DNA of 62,079 nt, filler included, from Deltaproteobacteria bacterium (GTDB taxonomy: Bacteria > JAEEML01), in the NCBI GenBank assembly GCA_016283195.1. It is 5 parts of 5 records of this genome, joined end to end, with 100 filler letters (N's around TTAATTAATTAA, not from the genome) between each part and the next. Parts side by side here need not be neighbours in the genome. Positions count along the whole stretch, not along the records: positions 48,449 to 54,103 come from JAEEML010000136.1; positions 54,204 to 62,079 come from JAEEML010000141.1; 3 more parts are not named here. One strand, written 5' to 3'. Shown here one piece after another: positions 49,346-57,528 of this stretch (position 1 is its first letter; each line of letters begins with the position of its first letter). The notes below the pieces were generated by a model. It made no database searches. It was given only the letters and a program-made list of their open reading frames with translations, and was not told where the DNA came from. The position numbers and the translations under genes are program-made.

Positions 49346-49924
49346 CTAGACCATTCTAAGCTCTTGCTCCAGCTGCTTTTTTATGCGGCTTTCCCGGGCA
49401 ATCTGCTCGCCAGATTCTTCCAATTTGTCGAGCAGAAGGCGCATTTCCATGGTGTCACTGCTTTTGTCGCCGGAAGCGGCCTGCAAAATGGAGAGGTGGA
49501 GATTTTCCAAAAGAATTATAAAATGGTCCACATTGCCCAAAAGTTCGCGCTCCCGCTCTCTTAGAACTTGCAATTTTTCGAGCTGGCTGGCAAGGCTACG
49601 GCGTACTTCCTCCGGCAAATCGGCTTTGGTGCGGGCGGCCACTTCCTGCTCCAGCTCGGCCACTGTCTGCTTTATTTTGTCGGCCAGTTCCAATAGCTCA
49701 GCTATTTGGGCCAAAATCTTTTGAAGCCGTTCTTCGGCCACGGGGCGATCTTCCGGATTAATATCACGGCAAATATCGGTGTAGAGCTTTTGCGCTCGCT
49801 CCATCTGCGGAGCCTGATAAGCGGGCAGGGCGGCCGGCCTTTCCGCCGGCAGGTGGCGGAGGTAGTGAATTAAAGCGGCTAAAGCGCCGGTGCCGATGAT
49901 GGCCAGAATGAGTCTTATCAGCAT
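49346..49924 (-). CDS. Membrane-anchored coiled-coil hypothetical protein
   Basis: N-terminal hydrophobic helix and helical E/L/R-rich body; start overlaps the SPFH stop. Confidence 0.75.
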   Translation of the reverse strand: MLIRLILAIIGTGALAALIHYLRHLPAERPAALPAYQAPQMERAQKLYTDICRDINPEDRPVAEERLQKILAQIAELLELADKIKQTVAELEQEVAARTKADLPEEVRRSLASQLEKLQVLRERERELLGNVDHFIILLENLHLSILQAASGDKSSDTMEMRLLLDKLEESGEQIARESRIKKQLEQELRMV

Positions 49925-50964
49925 TATTGCCCCAGGAAGAAGTTGCGCCAGCTCTTCATGCTGGCAAATTCTTGCAAAAAGGCGGCATTGTTGGAATTTA
50001 GCTCCACTTCGCCAAGTTGGAAATTCTCGGCGGCGATGATGGCGCTATAGGTGCGCCCGGCCTGCGAGGCGAGAGCAGCGGCTTTAAGCTTATTGCCCAG
50101 CGCTTCGGCCTGGGCTTCGGCCAGGTCGCCGGCAGCTTTGGCTTCGGCATAGACAGCATCGGCGGCTGAGCGTTTTTCGGCATTGTAACGCAGCGCTTCG
50201 GCATTGATGGCGGCTATTTCGAGTTCGTATTTAGTTTTTAAATCTTCAATGCGCCCGTTCCATTCCTCGCGCTTTACATTAATATCTTTTTGAATGGATT
50301 TTTCAAAAGTATCGGTTTCCTGGATGGCCTCGGATTCCCGTTTTTTGGCTTCGTCCAGCCGCCCCTGCACCACAAAAAACTGCTTATCCTGGAGTTTTTG
50401 CTCGTATTCCGGCCTAAAGGCAATGTTGCGAATAATAACATTATCGGCCACCACATGGTATTGAGCGAGCGCCTGATTCAGCTTAGGTAAAATGGCCTGG
50501 GAATTGGTGACGCGCTTATCGGTTTGATAAATATCGGTGGTGCTCATAGCGGCCAGGGTTTCGCGCAGAATACCGGTGCAGGTGGAAGCCACTTTGTCGG
50601 CATAAGAATCCACAAAGCCCTCGCGGATAATCTGCCAGGCCTCGCCCTTTTTGATGCGCCAGGGAATGGTGACATCTACATATATAATATTGTTACCGCT
50701 GGTACGGATTTCCAGCGAGCCGGCCTCGGCATCCGGGTCTTCGTTGCTGTAATCCAAAAATTGCAAAGTAGCCGGCAGCTGATAGTAGCTGTGGAAAAAG
50801 GGAAGGCGCATGTGGTAGCCCAGGCCCAAATCCTCCTCATGGATACCGCTGATGAGCGAGCGGCGCACGCCTATTTCCCAGGCGGGAATAGAAACCATAA
50901 AGAATTTGGGAAGAAGCCATATAGCCAAAAAAGCAATGCAAATTATATTGATAAGTTTTCTCAT
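49924..50964 (-). CDS. SPFH/band-7 domain membrane protein
   Basis: N-terminal TM; GYHMRLPF, IYVDVTIPWRI, VIIRNIAF; Ala/Glu coiled-coil tail. Confidence 0.8.
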   Translation of the reverse strand: MRKLINIICIAFLAIWLLPKFFMVSIPAWEIGVRRSLISGIHEEDLGLGYHMRLPFFHSYYQLPATLQFLDYSNEDPDAEAGSLEIRTSGNNIIYVDVTIPWRIKKGEAWQIIREGFVDSYADKVASTCTGILRETLAAMSTTDIYQTDKRVTNSQAILPKLNQALAQYHVVADNVIIRNIAFRPEYEQKLQDKQFFVVQGRLDEAKKRESEAIQETDTFEKSIQKDINVKREEWNGRIEDLKTKYELEIAAINAEALRYNAEKRSAADAVYAEAKAAGDLAEAQAEALGNKLKAAALASQAGRTYSAIIAAENFQLGEVELNSNNAAFLQEFASMKSWRNFFLGQ

Positions 50965-50974
50965 TTTAGTCTCC

Positions 50975-52093
50975 TCACTTGCTGCTCGTAGTCTGGCGAA
51001 TTTCCAGCGGAGTGCTCATTTTGATGAGCGGCGTGGCTTTCACATTTTTGAGCTGCGGAAAGACTTTTTCGGCAATTACTTTATTGAGCACATCCGGGCC
51101 GCTGGCGCCTACTGAGGTTATTTTAGCCACCAGCCCCTCGGCCTCTTTGCGATAGGCTACTTCATTGGCTTTGGCTTTGGTCTCTTTGGCTGTTTTGTAT
51201 GCTTCACCGGCTGCCAGGCGTTCGGTGTAATATTTATCGGCTTCGCGCTTTACGGCTTTCAGATTATTATCGGCCTCTTTTTTCTTGGACTCAAGCTCGG
51301 CTAAAAGTGATTGATATTCCGCATTTTTTGTTTGTTCTATGCTCTGAATTTTTAAGCCCTTTTCCTGCTCTAATTTGCGCCGTTTTTCATCTTGCACTTC
51401 AACTTCCTGTTCGGCATTTTGGCGGTCTTCGGTGGCCTTTTCTACGCGGGAATCAAATTTTGGTTTGGGGGTGACGATTTGGGTAATTTCAATGCCGTAA
51501 GCCAGGAGGCGCTCATTGAGGCGCTTTTTGGCTTCGCTGGTGGCGGCGGTGAAGGTGGCCGGGTTGGCTACTTCTAAAAAGTCATAGCGGCCAAATTCAT
51601 CGCGCAGAATTTCCCTGGCGTTGGCGGCTATGACATGTTTTTTAAAGGAATTTGCCGGCCCCAAAGTGCGGATGACCGTGCCGGCGGCGCTGGGAATGAT
51701 TTGGTAATAAATTTCCAGGCGATCAAAGTAAAAGTTACTGCCGTCGTTGGCGCGCACAGTGAGCTTTTTGGTGACCTGGTAATCTTTACCGTGATCTTTA
51801 CCTTTGCCGCGCCCGGTTTCGTCGGCCATGACAAAGAGCTGTGGGCGGCGCTCCAATACTTCGATATGTTGCAGACCGGGCAAAAAAGTTTTGGCTCCCT
51901 GGCCGATGATTTCTTCGGATTCCCCCAAAAACTTGAGGCCGGTATTATTGTATAAAACAGCTGCCTCGCCGGGGCGTACCTCTAAAAAACCGCCGTTGCC
52001 AAAGAAAAATTCCTTGGTCATAATGGTGAGAGTGATGAGAATCAAGACAGTAGTAATGATAGTCTGGCTCGATATTTTAGTGGAATTTGCCAT
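50975..52093 (-). CDS. SPFH/band-7 domain membrane protein
   Basis: TM; EVRPGEAAV, LTVRANDG, YGIEIT; long coiled-coil tail. Confidence 0.8.
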   Translation of the reverse strand: MANSTKISSQTIITTVLILITLTIMTKEFFFGNGGFLEVRPGEAAVLYNNTGLKFLGESEEIIGQGAKTFLPGLQHIEVLERRPQLFVMADETGRGKGKDHGKDYQVTKKLTVRANDGSNFYFDRLEIYYQIIPSAAGTVIRTLGPANSFKKHVIAANAREILRDEFGRYDFLEVANPATFTAATSEAKKRLNERLLAYGIEITQIVTPKPKFDSRVEKATEDRQNAEQEVEVQDEKRRKLEQEKGLKIQSIEQTKNAEYQSLLAELESKKKEADNNLKAVKREADKYYTERLAAGEAYKTAKETKAKANEVAYRKEAEGLVAKITSVGASGPDVLNKVIAEKVFPQLKNVKATPLIKMSTPLEIRQTTSSK

Positions 52094-52170
52094 AAAAGCC
52101 TCCTTAGCCGTTTTTCGGCGGCTACTATATAACACGCCAGAGAAAGCAGTGCAGCAAAAATTTTGGGTGC

Positions 52171-52539
52171 TTATGGAGTGGTGGTAGCGAGTTCTTTTGA
52201 GAGTTTTTTGTCAAAGGTAAAAATATCTTCGGCCAATATTTTTTTGCGGGCTAAAATAATAGCATCTACAAAGTCAAACTTAGTATCGGAATAAATGGCC
52301 AGAGCTGATGAGATTACAACACTATTTTCTATAGAAATTTCATCTAATATTGGTGAAACAATATCTTTGATTTCCTCTTTGGGAACACCATACAGTTTTG
52401 TAAGCACATATACTACTTCCGCTATTATTTCCGGCAATGTAAAAGCTCCTGTGCTGATTACGGAGGCTGCTTTTTCGGCTTGTTCCGGAATATCGTTTAA
52501 CAGGTAGCGCAGAATTACATTTGTATCAATAAGTGTCAT
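52171..52539 (-). CDS. PIN-domain (VapC-like) toxin
   Basis: LIDTNVILRYL, EVVYVL, DFVDA, TFDKKL. Confidence 0.9.
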   Translation of the reverse strand: MTLIDTNVILRYLLNDIPEQAEKAASVISTGAFTLPEIIAEVVYVLTKLYGVPKEEIKDIVSPILDEISIENSVVISSALAIYSDTKFDFVDAIILARKKILAEDIFTFDKKLSKELATTTP

Positions 52540-52751
52540 TTGTCAGACTCGGAAAATGCCAAGGCGGCAACAGATTCTTCTTGAGCAATAAGGGCAGGAT
52601 TGGCATACTTGGCCGCGATACCGCGACATGATTTTTTCTCTGTTGTGGCTGGTTCAGCTATGATAATCATTGCCGGTTGATTTATTTTAAAATCCATTTG
52701 TTCAATGGGAACAAATACATTTCCGTCAAAATACGCTTTTATGGCCAGCAT
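52536..52751 (-). CDS. Putative antitoxin (AF2212/DUF104-like N-terminus)
   Basis: MLAIKAYFDGNVFVP; GGAGG RBS; 4-nt overlap with the PIN gene. Confidence 0.7.
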   Translation of the reverse strand: MLAIKAYFDGNVFVPIEQMDFKINQPAMIIIAEPATTEKKSCRGIAAKYANPALIAQEESVAALAFSESDK

Positions 52752-52872
52752 AAAACACCTCCACTTCCACTTATAACATATTCTGCTGTTTTTTATACAG
52801 TAATATCTAAATGGATATTTAACAGGCAATGCCGGAGCTGGCCGCCCCGGCGCCCTGCCATGGCTCGGTGTT

Positions 52873-52991
52873 CATTTGTGAAAAGTATGTAAATTCAAGC
52901 AGATTGGCCCCTCCCCACTGTGGGGAGGGGCGAGCGGATGTACTTTATTTTATGGACAGGGTGAGGTCCGCTTGGTTAGGGGGTGAGGTCC
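52873..52991 (-). repeat. Dispersed hairpin repeat, variant copy 6
   Basis: Reverse complement GACCTCACCC...GCCCCTCCCCAC-A-GTGGGGAGGGGC-CAATCTGCTTGAATTTACATACTTTTCACAAAT; the tail matches copy 1. Confidence 0.7.
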
Positions 52992-52996
52992 GGCGG

Positions 52997-53620
52997 TTAG
53001 TAGCCTTGTTTCACGCAGCGTAGTGAGAAGCCCATAGTCTTTGCCTGAGAGCGCATGTTTTTAGCCGGTAATATAAAGGCCGTGGCGGCATTGGAACCGG
53101 TCGCGTTACTGCTCCAGAAGTAGGCCTGGTTGCCAAAATAGATAAAGTTTTGCTGCGAAGCGTTATTGTAATAAATACCGGCAGGTAAAGCGTTAAAGCC
53201 AAAATACGGATCGCTGGAGCCGCCCCAGCTTGTGCCCATGAACCAGGAGGCTTCGTGGTTATTATAAAGAGCTTGAAACTCGTTGCTACTCGGTACATGC
53301 CAGCCATTTGGACAGGCGTTTTGGGCATCGTTCCAACTATAGAGGAAGCCGTAGTTTTGGCGGAAGTCCGGGTCGCCCTGGGTGTTTTCCAGGCAGGTAA
53401 GCGAGCTGCCGTCGTCGTCGGTTTTGCCGTCCTGGTCTTTGCCGGGTGTTTGGTCTTTTGGGCAGGAGCCATCCAGGCAGACTAAGCCCTCAACACAATC
53501 GCCGTTACGCTGGCAACTGTCGCCCTCTTTGGATGTACCGGGCTTTTGTTCCTTGGCACAACCGCCGGCAAGCGCAAGCGCGAGCCCCAAACACAAGATT
53601 AATCCTTTACACCTGGTCAT
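52997..53620 (-). CDS. Lipoprotein with FISUMP (Fibrobacter succinogenes major paralogous) domain
   Basis: AGGC lipobox; YGFLYSW, ACPNGWHVPS, GFNALPAG, AYFWSS, GFSLRCVK. Confidence 0.85.
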   Translation of the reverse strand: MTRCKGLILCLGLALALAGGCAKEQKPGTSKEGDSCQRNGDCVEGLVCLDGSCPKDQTPGKDQDGKTDDDGSSLTCLENTQGDPDFRQNYGFLYSWNDAQNACPNGWHVPSSNEFQALYNNHEASWFMGTSWGGSSDPYFGFNALPAGIYYNNASQQNFIYFGNQAYFWSSNATGSNAATAFILPAKNMRSQAKTMGFSLRCVKQGY

Positions 53621-53705
53621 AATAACCTCCTGTTGCCTCTATGCGATACTGCGCAGAAAAGGCGAAAAACGGTGCGAATTTATTGAAAAAATATGAAAAT
53701 AATGC

Positions 53706-53734
53706 TTGACAAAAATACCAAAATGTGCTAGAAT
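53706..53734 (+). promoter_or_regulatory. Near-consensus sigma70 promoter with no downstream ORF
   Basis: TTGACA-N17-TAGAAT with an extended TG. Confidence 0.6.
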
Positions 53735-53820
53735 TGAATTTATTAAAAGCCCTCAAAAAAACAAAAACTTAAAGAAACATAGCATTTAGATATAGGGTGT
53801 GCAAGAGAAAAGTGTGGGTG

Positions 53821-53845
53821 GGGTGAGAGGGCGGCGCAGGTAGAT
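53821..53845 (-). repeat. Fragment of the dispersed repeat (left end), copy 7
   Basis: Reverse complement TCTACCTGCGCCGCCCTCTCACCC resembles TCTGCCTGCGGCGCCCTCACCC. Confidence 0.5.
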
Positions 53846-53893
53846 GGTGGCAAGAGGAAAGCTGATTGCCAACCTCCGTTTGCCAAAGCCAAC

Positions 53894-54103
53894 TTACCCG
53901 CCCAGAGCCACATCAAGAGTGAGCATGATGGTAAAGCCCAGGCCAAAAAAGATGGTGCCGACGTTGGAATGTTCGCCTTCAGTCATTTGCGGAATGAGCT
54001 CTTCCACCACCACATAAATCATGGCCCCGGCGGCAAAGCTTAGACAGTAAGGTAAGATAGGCACTACGAGGGCAGAGGCCACAATGGTGAGTAGGGCGCC
54101 CAG
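53894..54103 (-). CDS. ZIP-family (ZupT/GufA) metal transporter, C-terminal fragment
   Basis: LSFAAGAMIYVVVEELIP, LDVALG. Confidence 0.9.
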   Translation of the reverse strand: MGALLTIVASALVVPILPYCLSFAAGAMIYVVVEELIPQMTEGEHSNVGTIFFGLGFTIMLTLDVALGG

Positions 54104-54203
54104 NNNNNNNNNNNNNNNNNNNNNNNNNNNNNNNNNNNNNNNNNNNNTTAATTAATTAANNNNNNNNNNNNNNNNNNNNNNNNNNNNNNNNNNNNNNNNN
54201 NNN
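54104..54203. other. Artificial contig linker
   Basis: N-run/TTAATTAATTAA/N-run. Confidence 0.98.
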
Positions 54204-54916
54204 CAATTAAAATGTGTGAGCTGCGCCACTTTGGGGATACCGGTACTGCCACCGGTCATTAAATAAACAGCCACATCGTTTTCCGGATCGATCTCCACCT
54301 CTGGATAGGCTTTTTTGGTGCGCAAAAGATCGCGAAAGACATAGCTGCCGGGAGCCAGTTCGGCCGAGGGAATTTTCTTTAAAATCTTGCCGATAGTCCT
54401 CTTATAAGCAGGCAGAAAATCAGCAATATTTGTCCCTATTTTAATAATATTTTTAATATCATCGGCCACAGGAGCCAAAATTTTGTCGTAAAGGGCATCG
54501 AGATAAACAATAGCTTTTGCCGAAGTACTTCTGAGCTGGTGCAAAATTTCCAGCGGCTTATAAGTGGGATTGCAACCGGTGACAATCACACCGATTTTAA
54601 CGGCAGCATAATACGAAACTACATATTGCAGGCTATTGGGCAAAAGAAGAGCTAAAACATCACCTTTTTTGAGCCCCATATCGGAAAAAGCGGCAGCCAG
54701 ACGATTGGCATATTCGTTTACTTCACCGTAAGTAAACCATTTATCCAAAAAAGAGACAGCCAGAGCTTTGGGATTTTTAGCTACCATATCCTCTAGCATC
54801 TCGCCCAGAGATTTAACAGGAAAATCAATATTTTTAGGCACTTCTACCGGCCAGCCGGCCGATTCCTGAAGCCATGGGCGGTCTTCTGGTACTTTAAAAC
54901 TTGTATTAACTTTCAT
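54204..54916 (-). CDS. Long-chain fatty acid-CoA ligase, N-terminal part
   Basis: GLKKGDVLALLLPN; ends in the AMP-binding loop YLMTGGSTGIPK...LTHFN at the contig edge. Confidence 0.9.
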
Positions 54917-55053
54917 GCTTACTTGCTCCTCCACTGAATCTTACGGGGGAAGATTCAAAAGCGCTGCCAGCATAATTCAAATGTTACCGCTTGCCAAGAG
55001 TTTCTAATTTGCTATGATGCGCTCACCTTATTAACTACCATAAGGAGGATAAG

Positions 55054-56286
55054 ATGGTAGCAGTTTTTGGTTTTAAAGGTCATCGCCCGTCAAATGAACT
55101 AGTCGCCAAGGTTTCCTGCCCGCCCTATGATGTTATTTCATCAAAAGAAGCGCGGGAGTATGCCGCCGGTAATCCCTATTCGTTTTTGCATGTTTCCAAG
55201 GCCGAGATAGACTTAGACCCGGCTACGCCGCAATATGATGAATCCATTTACCAAACTGCCGCCAAGAACATGAAAAAGATGCTGGACGATAAAATTTTTG
55301 TCCAGGACAAAGAGCGTTCTATTTATATTTACAAAGAAATCATGGGAGAGCAGGAGCAAGTGGGCCTCATGGTTTGCGCCTCTGTTGATGACTACGACAG
55401 CGGGCACATCAAAAAACATGAACTCACAAGAAAAGATAAAGAAGACGACCGCGCCAAACACATGGATATGATCTCCTGCCATGCCGGCCAGGTATTTTTA
55501 ACTTATAGGGCCAAGCCGGAAATCGACGCCCTCGTTGCCGAAAAAATGGCGCGCCCGGCCGATACCGATATGGTGGCCGACGGCGTGCGCCACCTCATTT
55601 GGGCGATTACCGACCAAGCCTGGATTGATAAAATTATTGAGCTCTTTAAAGAGGTGCCCGATCTCTACATTGCCGACGGTCACCACCGCGCCGCTTCCTC
55701 CTCAAGAACGCGCAAAGTGCGCCGGGAGCGTAACCCGAATCACACCGGTAACGAAGAATATAACCGGGTGATGGCGGTGCTCTTCCCCAGCAATCAGCTA
55801 AAGATTATGGCTTATAACCGCCTTATTTTAAACACTAACGGCCTTTCTGAAGCGGATATTTTAGCTAAACTTAGCGAAAAATTCACCATCAGCGAAACCA
55901 CGGAAGAAGCCCCCAAAGCAGCCCATGAGCTGGATATTTACATGGGCGGCAAATGGTACAATTTAAAGGCTAAAGAGGGCATTTTTGATAAAAATGACCC
56001 CATCGACCGCCTGGATGTACAAATTGTGCAAAAGAATATTCTGGATGCCATCTTTGATATTAAAGACCCGCGCACCGATAACCGCATTGAGTTTGTTGGC
56101 GGCATTCGCGGCACAAAATACTTAAAAGATCAAGTAGATAGCGGCCACGCCAAGTTGGCTATTTCCATGTATCCCACTTCTATAGACGACCTGCTCTCGG
56201 TGGCCGACGCCGGGGCCATCATGCCGCCCAAATCCACCTGGTTTGAGCCGAAACTGCGCTCCGGCCTGGTTATTCACACTTTTTAA
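55054..56286 (+). CDS. DUF1015 family protein
   Basis: PPYDV, KKHELT, YIADGHHR, MPPKSTWFEPKLRSGL. Confidence 0.9.
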   Translation: MVAVFGFKGHRPSNELVAKVSCPPYDVISSKEAREYAAGNPYSFLHVSKAEIDLDPATPQYDESIYQTAAKNMKKMLDDKIFVQDKERSIYIYKEIMGEQEQVGLMVCASVDDYDSGHIKKHELTRKDKEDDRAKHMDMISCHAGQVFLTYRAKPEIDALVAEKMARPADTDMVADGVRHLIWAITDQAWIDKIIELFKEVPDLYIADGHHRAASSSRTRKVRRERNPNHTGNEEYNRVMAVLFPSNQLKIMAYNRLILNTNGLSEADILAKLSEKFTISETTEEAPKAAHELDIYMGGKWYNLKAKEGIFDKNDPIDRLDVQIVQKNILDAIFDIKDPRTDNRIEFVGGIRGTKYLKDQVDSGHAKLAISMYPTSIDDLLSVADAGAIMPPKSTWFEPKLRSGLVIHTF

Positions 56287-56319
56287 CATAGTGTAATTAT
56301 TTATCATTTGGAGAAATCC

Positions 56320-57291
56320 ATGGCCTTTGACACTCACTCGCTTGTGCAAAGTCTTTTAAATAAAAATAAAGCTCCGGCCCCGGCGCCGGCTGCCCAGGAA
56401 GCGCCCAAGGCACCTGAGTCACCAATAACGCCGGCTCCGGTAGCAGAGCCAGCAATAGAAGCTGCTGAGCCGGCGGCCGGCGGCGCTGCTGCCGCTGAAG
56501 ACCCAGCTGCCACTGAAGGCAGCGCCGCCGAGGCAGATTCAGCCACAGATGGCGAGGAATTGCCCCTTTTGCCACCCGAGCTCATGGAAAAAGTAGCTAA
56601 AGCCGGCGAGCTGATGGACGGCTCCTTCCTGCCGGCCCCCAAGGGCAACAAAGATGAGCTAAGCGAAGAGCAAAAGAGCGAAGTGGCCGATTTAATCCAG
56701 GCCTATTTTGCAGCCGACGACCCAGAACTGCGCGATAATATTATTATTTTGCTCTCTGCCAGCCCGGCGGAAGATGCCGAAGAGTTTTTCCTGACCGCCC
56801 TCGAAGAAGACCCTGACCCCTTTGTGCACAGTGCAGCGGCCGAAGCACTCTATCGCCGCGGCCGGCAGGAAGGAGCGGCGGCTCTCTATGAAGCTCTGGA
56901 GAATCCGGAAGTTATCGAGCAGATGAACCATGCCATCACTGTTTTAGCCAAAAGCGAAGGCATGAAGCTGGCGCCCAAATTGATAAATATTTGGAATGAT
57001 GCCGGCCACAGCAGCGAGGAGCACATTGAGGCACTTCTTGGCCTGGAACAAATCATGGGGCGCGGGCTGGAATCTATGCTCATCTCTTTTATCGAGGGCA
57101 TTAAAGGCAGCGCCGATATGCCGGAAGATGAATTTTTAGAAGTGCTTAATGTGCTGGAGCGCCTGGACTCCGCCAAAGCTGCACCAACCTTGGAAAATCT
57201 CAAAAAGCGCCTCCTCGCCAGCGTAGCTGACAAAGACGACATTTTGCCACTAATTGAAGAAATAGATGGCACCATCGGGCTTCTAAGCTAA
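56320..57291 (+). CDS. Acidic HEAT-repeat-like protein with Ala/Pro-rich N-terminus
   Basis: DDPELRD and DPDPFVHSAAAEAL HEAT-like motifs. Confidence 0.65.
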   Translation: MAFDTHSLVQSLLNKNKAPAPAPAAQEAPKAPESPITPAPVAEPAIEAAEPAAGGAAAAEDPAATEGSAAEADSATDGEELPLLPPELMEKVAKAGELMDGSFLPAPKGNKDELSEEQKSEVADLIQAYFAADDPELRDNIIILLSASPAEDAEEFFLTALEEDPDPFVHSAAAEALYRRGRQEGAAALYEALENPEVIEQMNHAITVLAKSEGMKLAPKLINIWNDAGHSSEEHIEALLGLEQIMGRGLESMLISFIEGIKGSADMPEDEFLEVLNVLERLDSAKAAPTLENLKKRLLASVADKDDILPLIEEIDGTIGLLS

Positions 57292-57373
57292 ATCATCACC
57301 CATAGCCACTTTGACCTCACTCCCCGGCTAAGCTGACCTCTCCCCCTAACTTGCTGAATTGTTTTGGAAATCG

Positions 57374-57472
57374 CCCCTCTGCCTGCGGCGCCCTCACCCC
57401 ACAAGTCGTGGAAATTTGGCAGCGCACCCTCTCCATTTTTACAAATAGAGAGGGCTCATCTATTTGAATTTA
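57374..57472 (+). repeat. Dispersed hairpin repeat, copy 8
   Basis: CCCCTCTGCCTGCGGCGCCCTCACCCCACAAGT...CCCTCTCCATTT-TTAC-AAATAGAGAGGG-CTCATCTATTTGAATTTA. Confidence 0.85.
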
Positions 57473-57528
57473 GGCGAATTATTCAATAATATCATCTAAT
57501 TGCAGGTGGTAAGGTCAGAGCGGGCGAC

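Noticed and set aside
52997-53620. FISUMP gene as a diversity-generating retroelement target
   Set aside because: No reverse transcriptase and no adenine-variant template repeat were found in the window.
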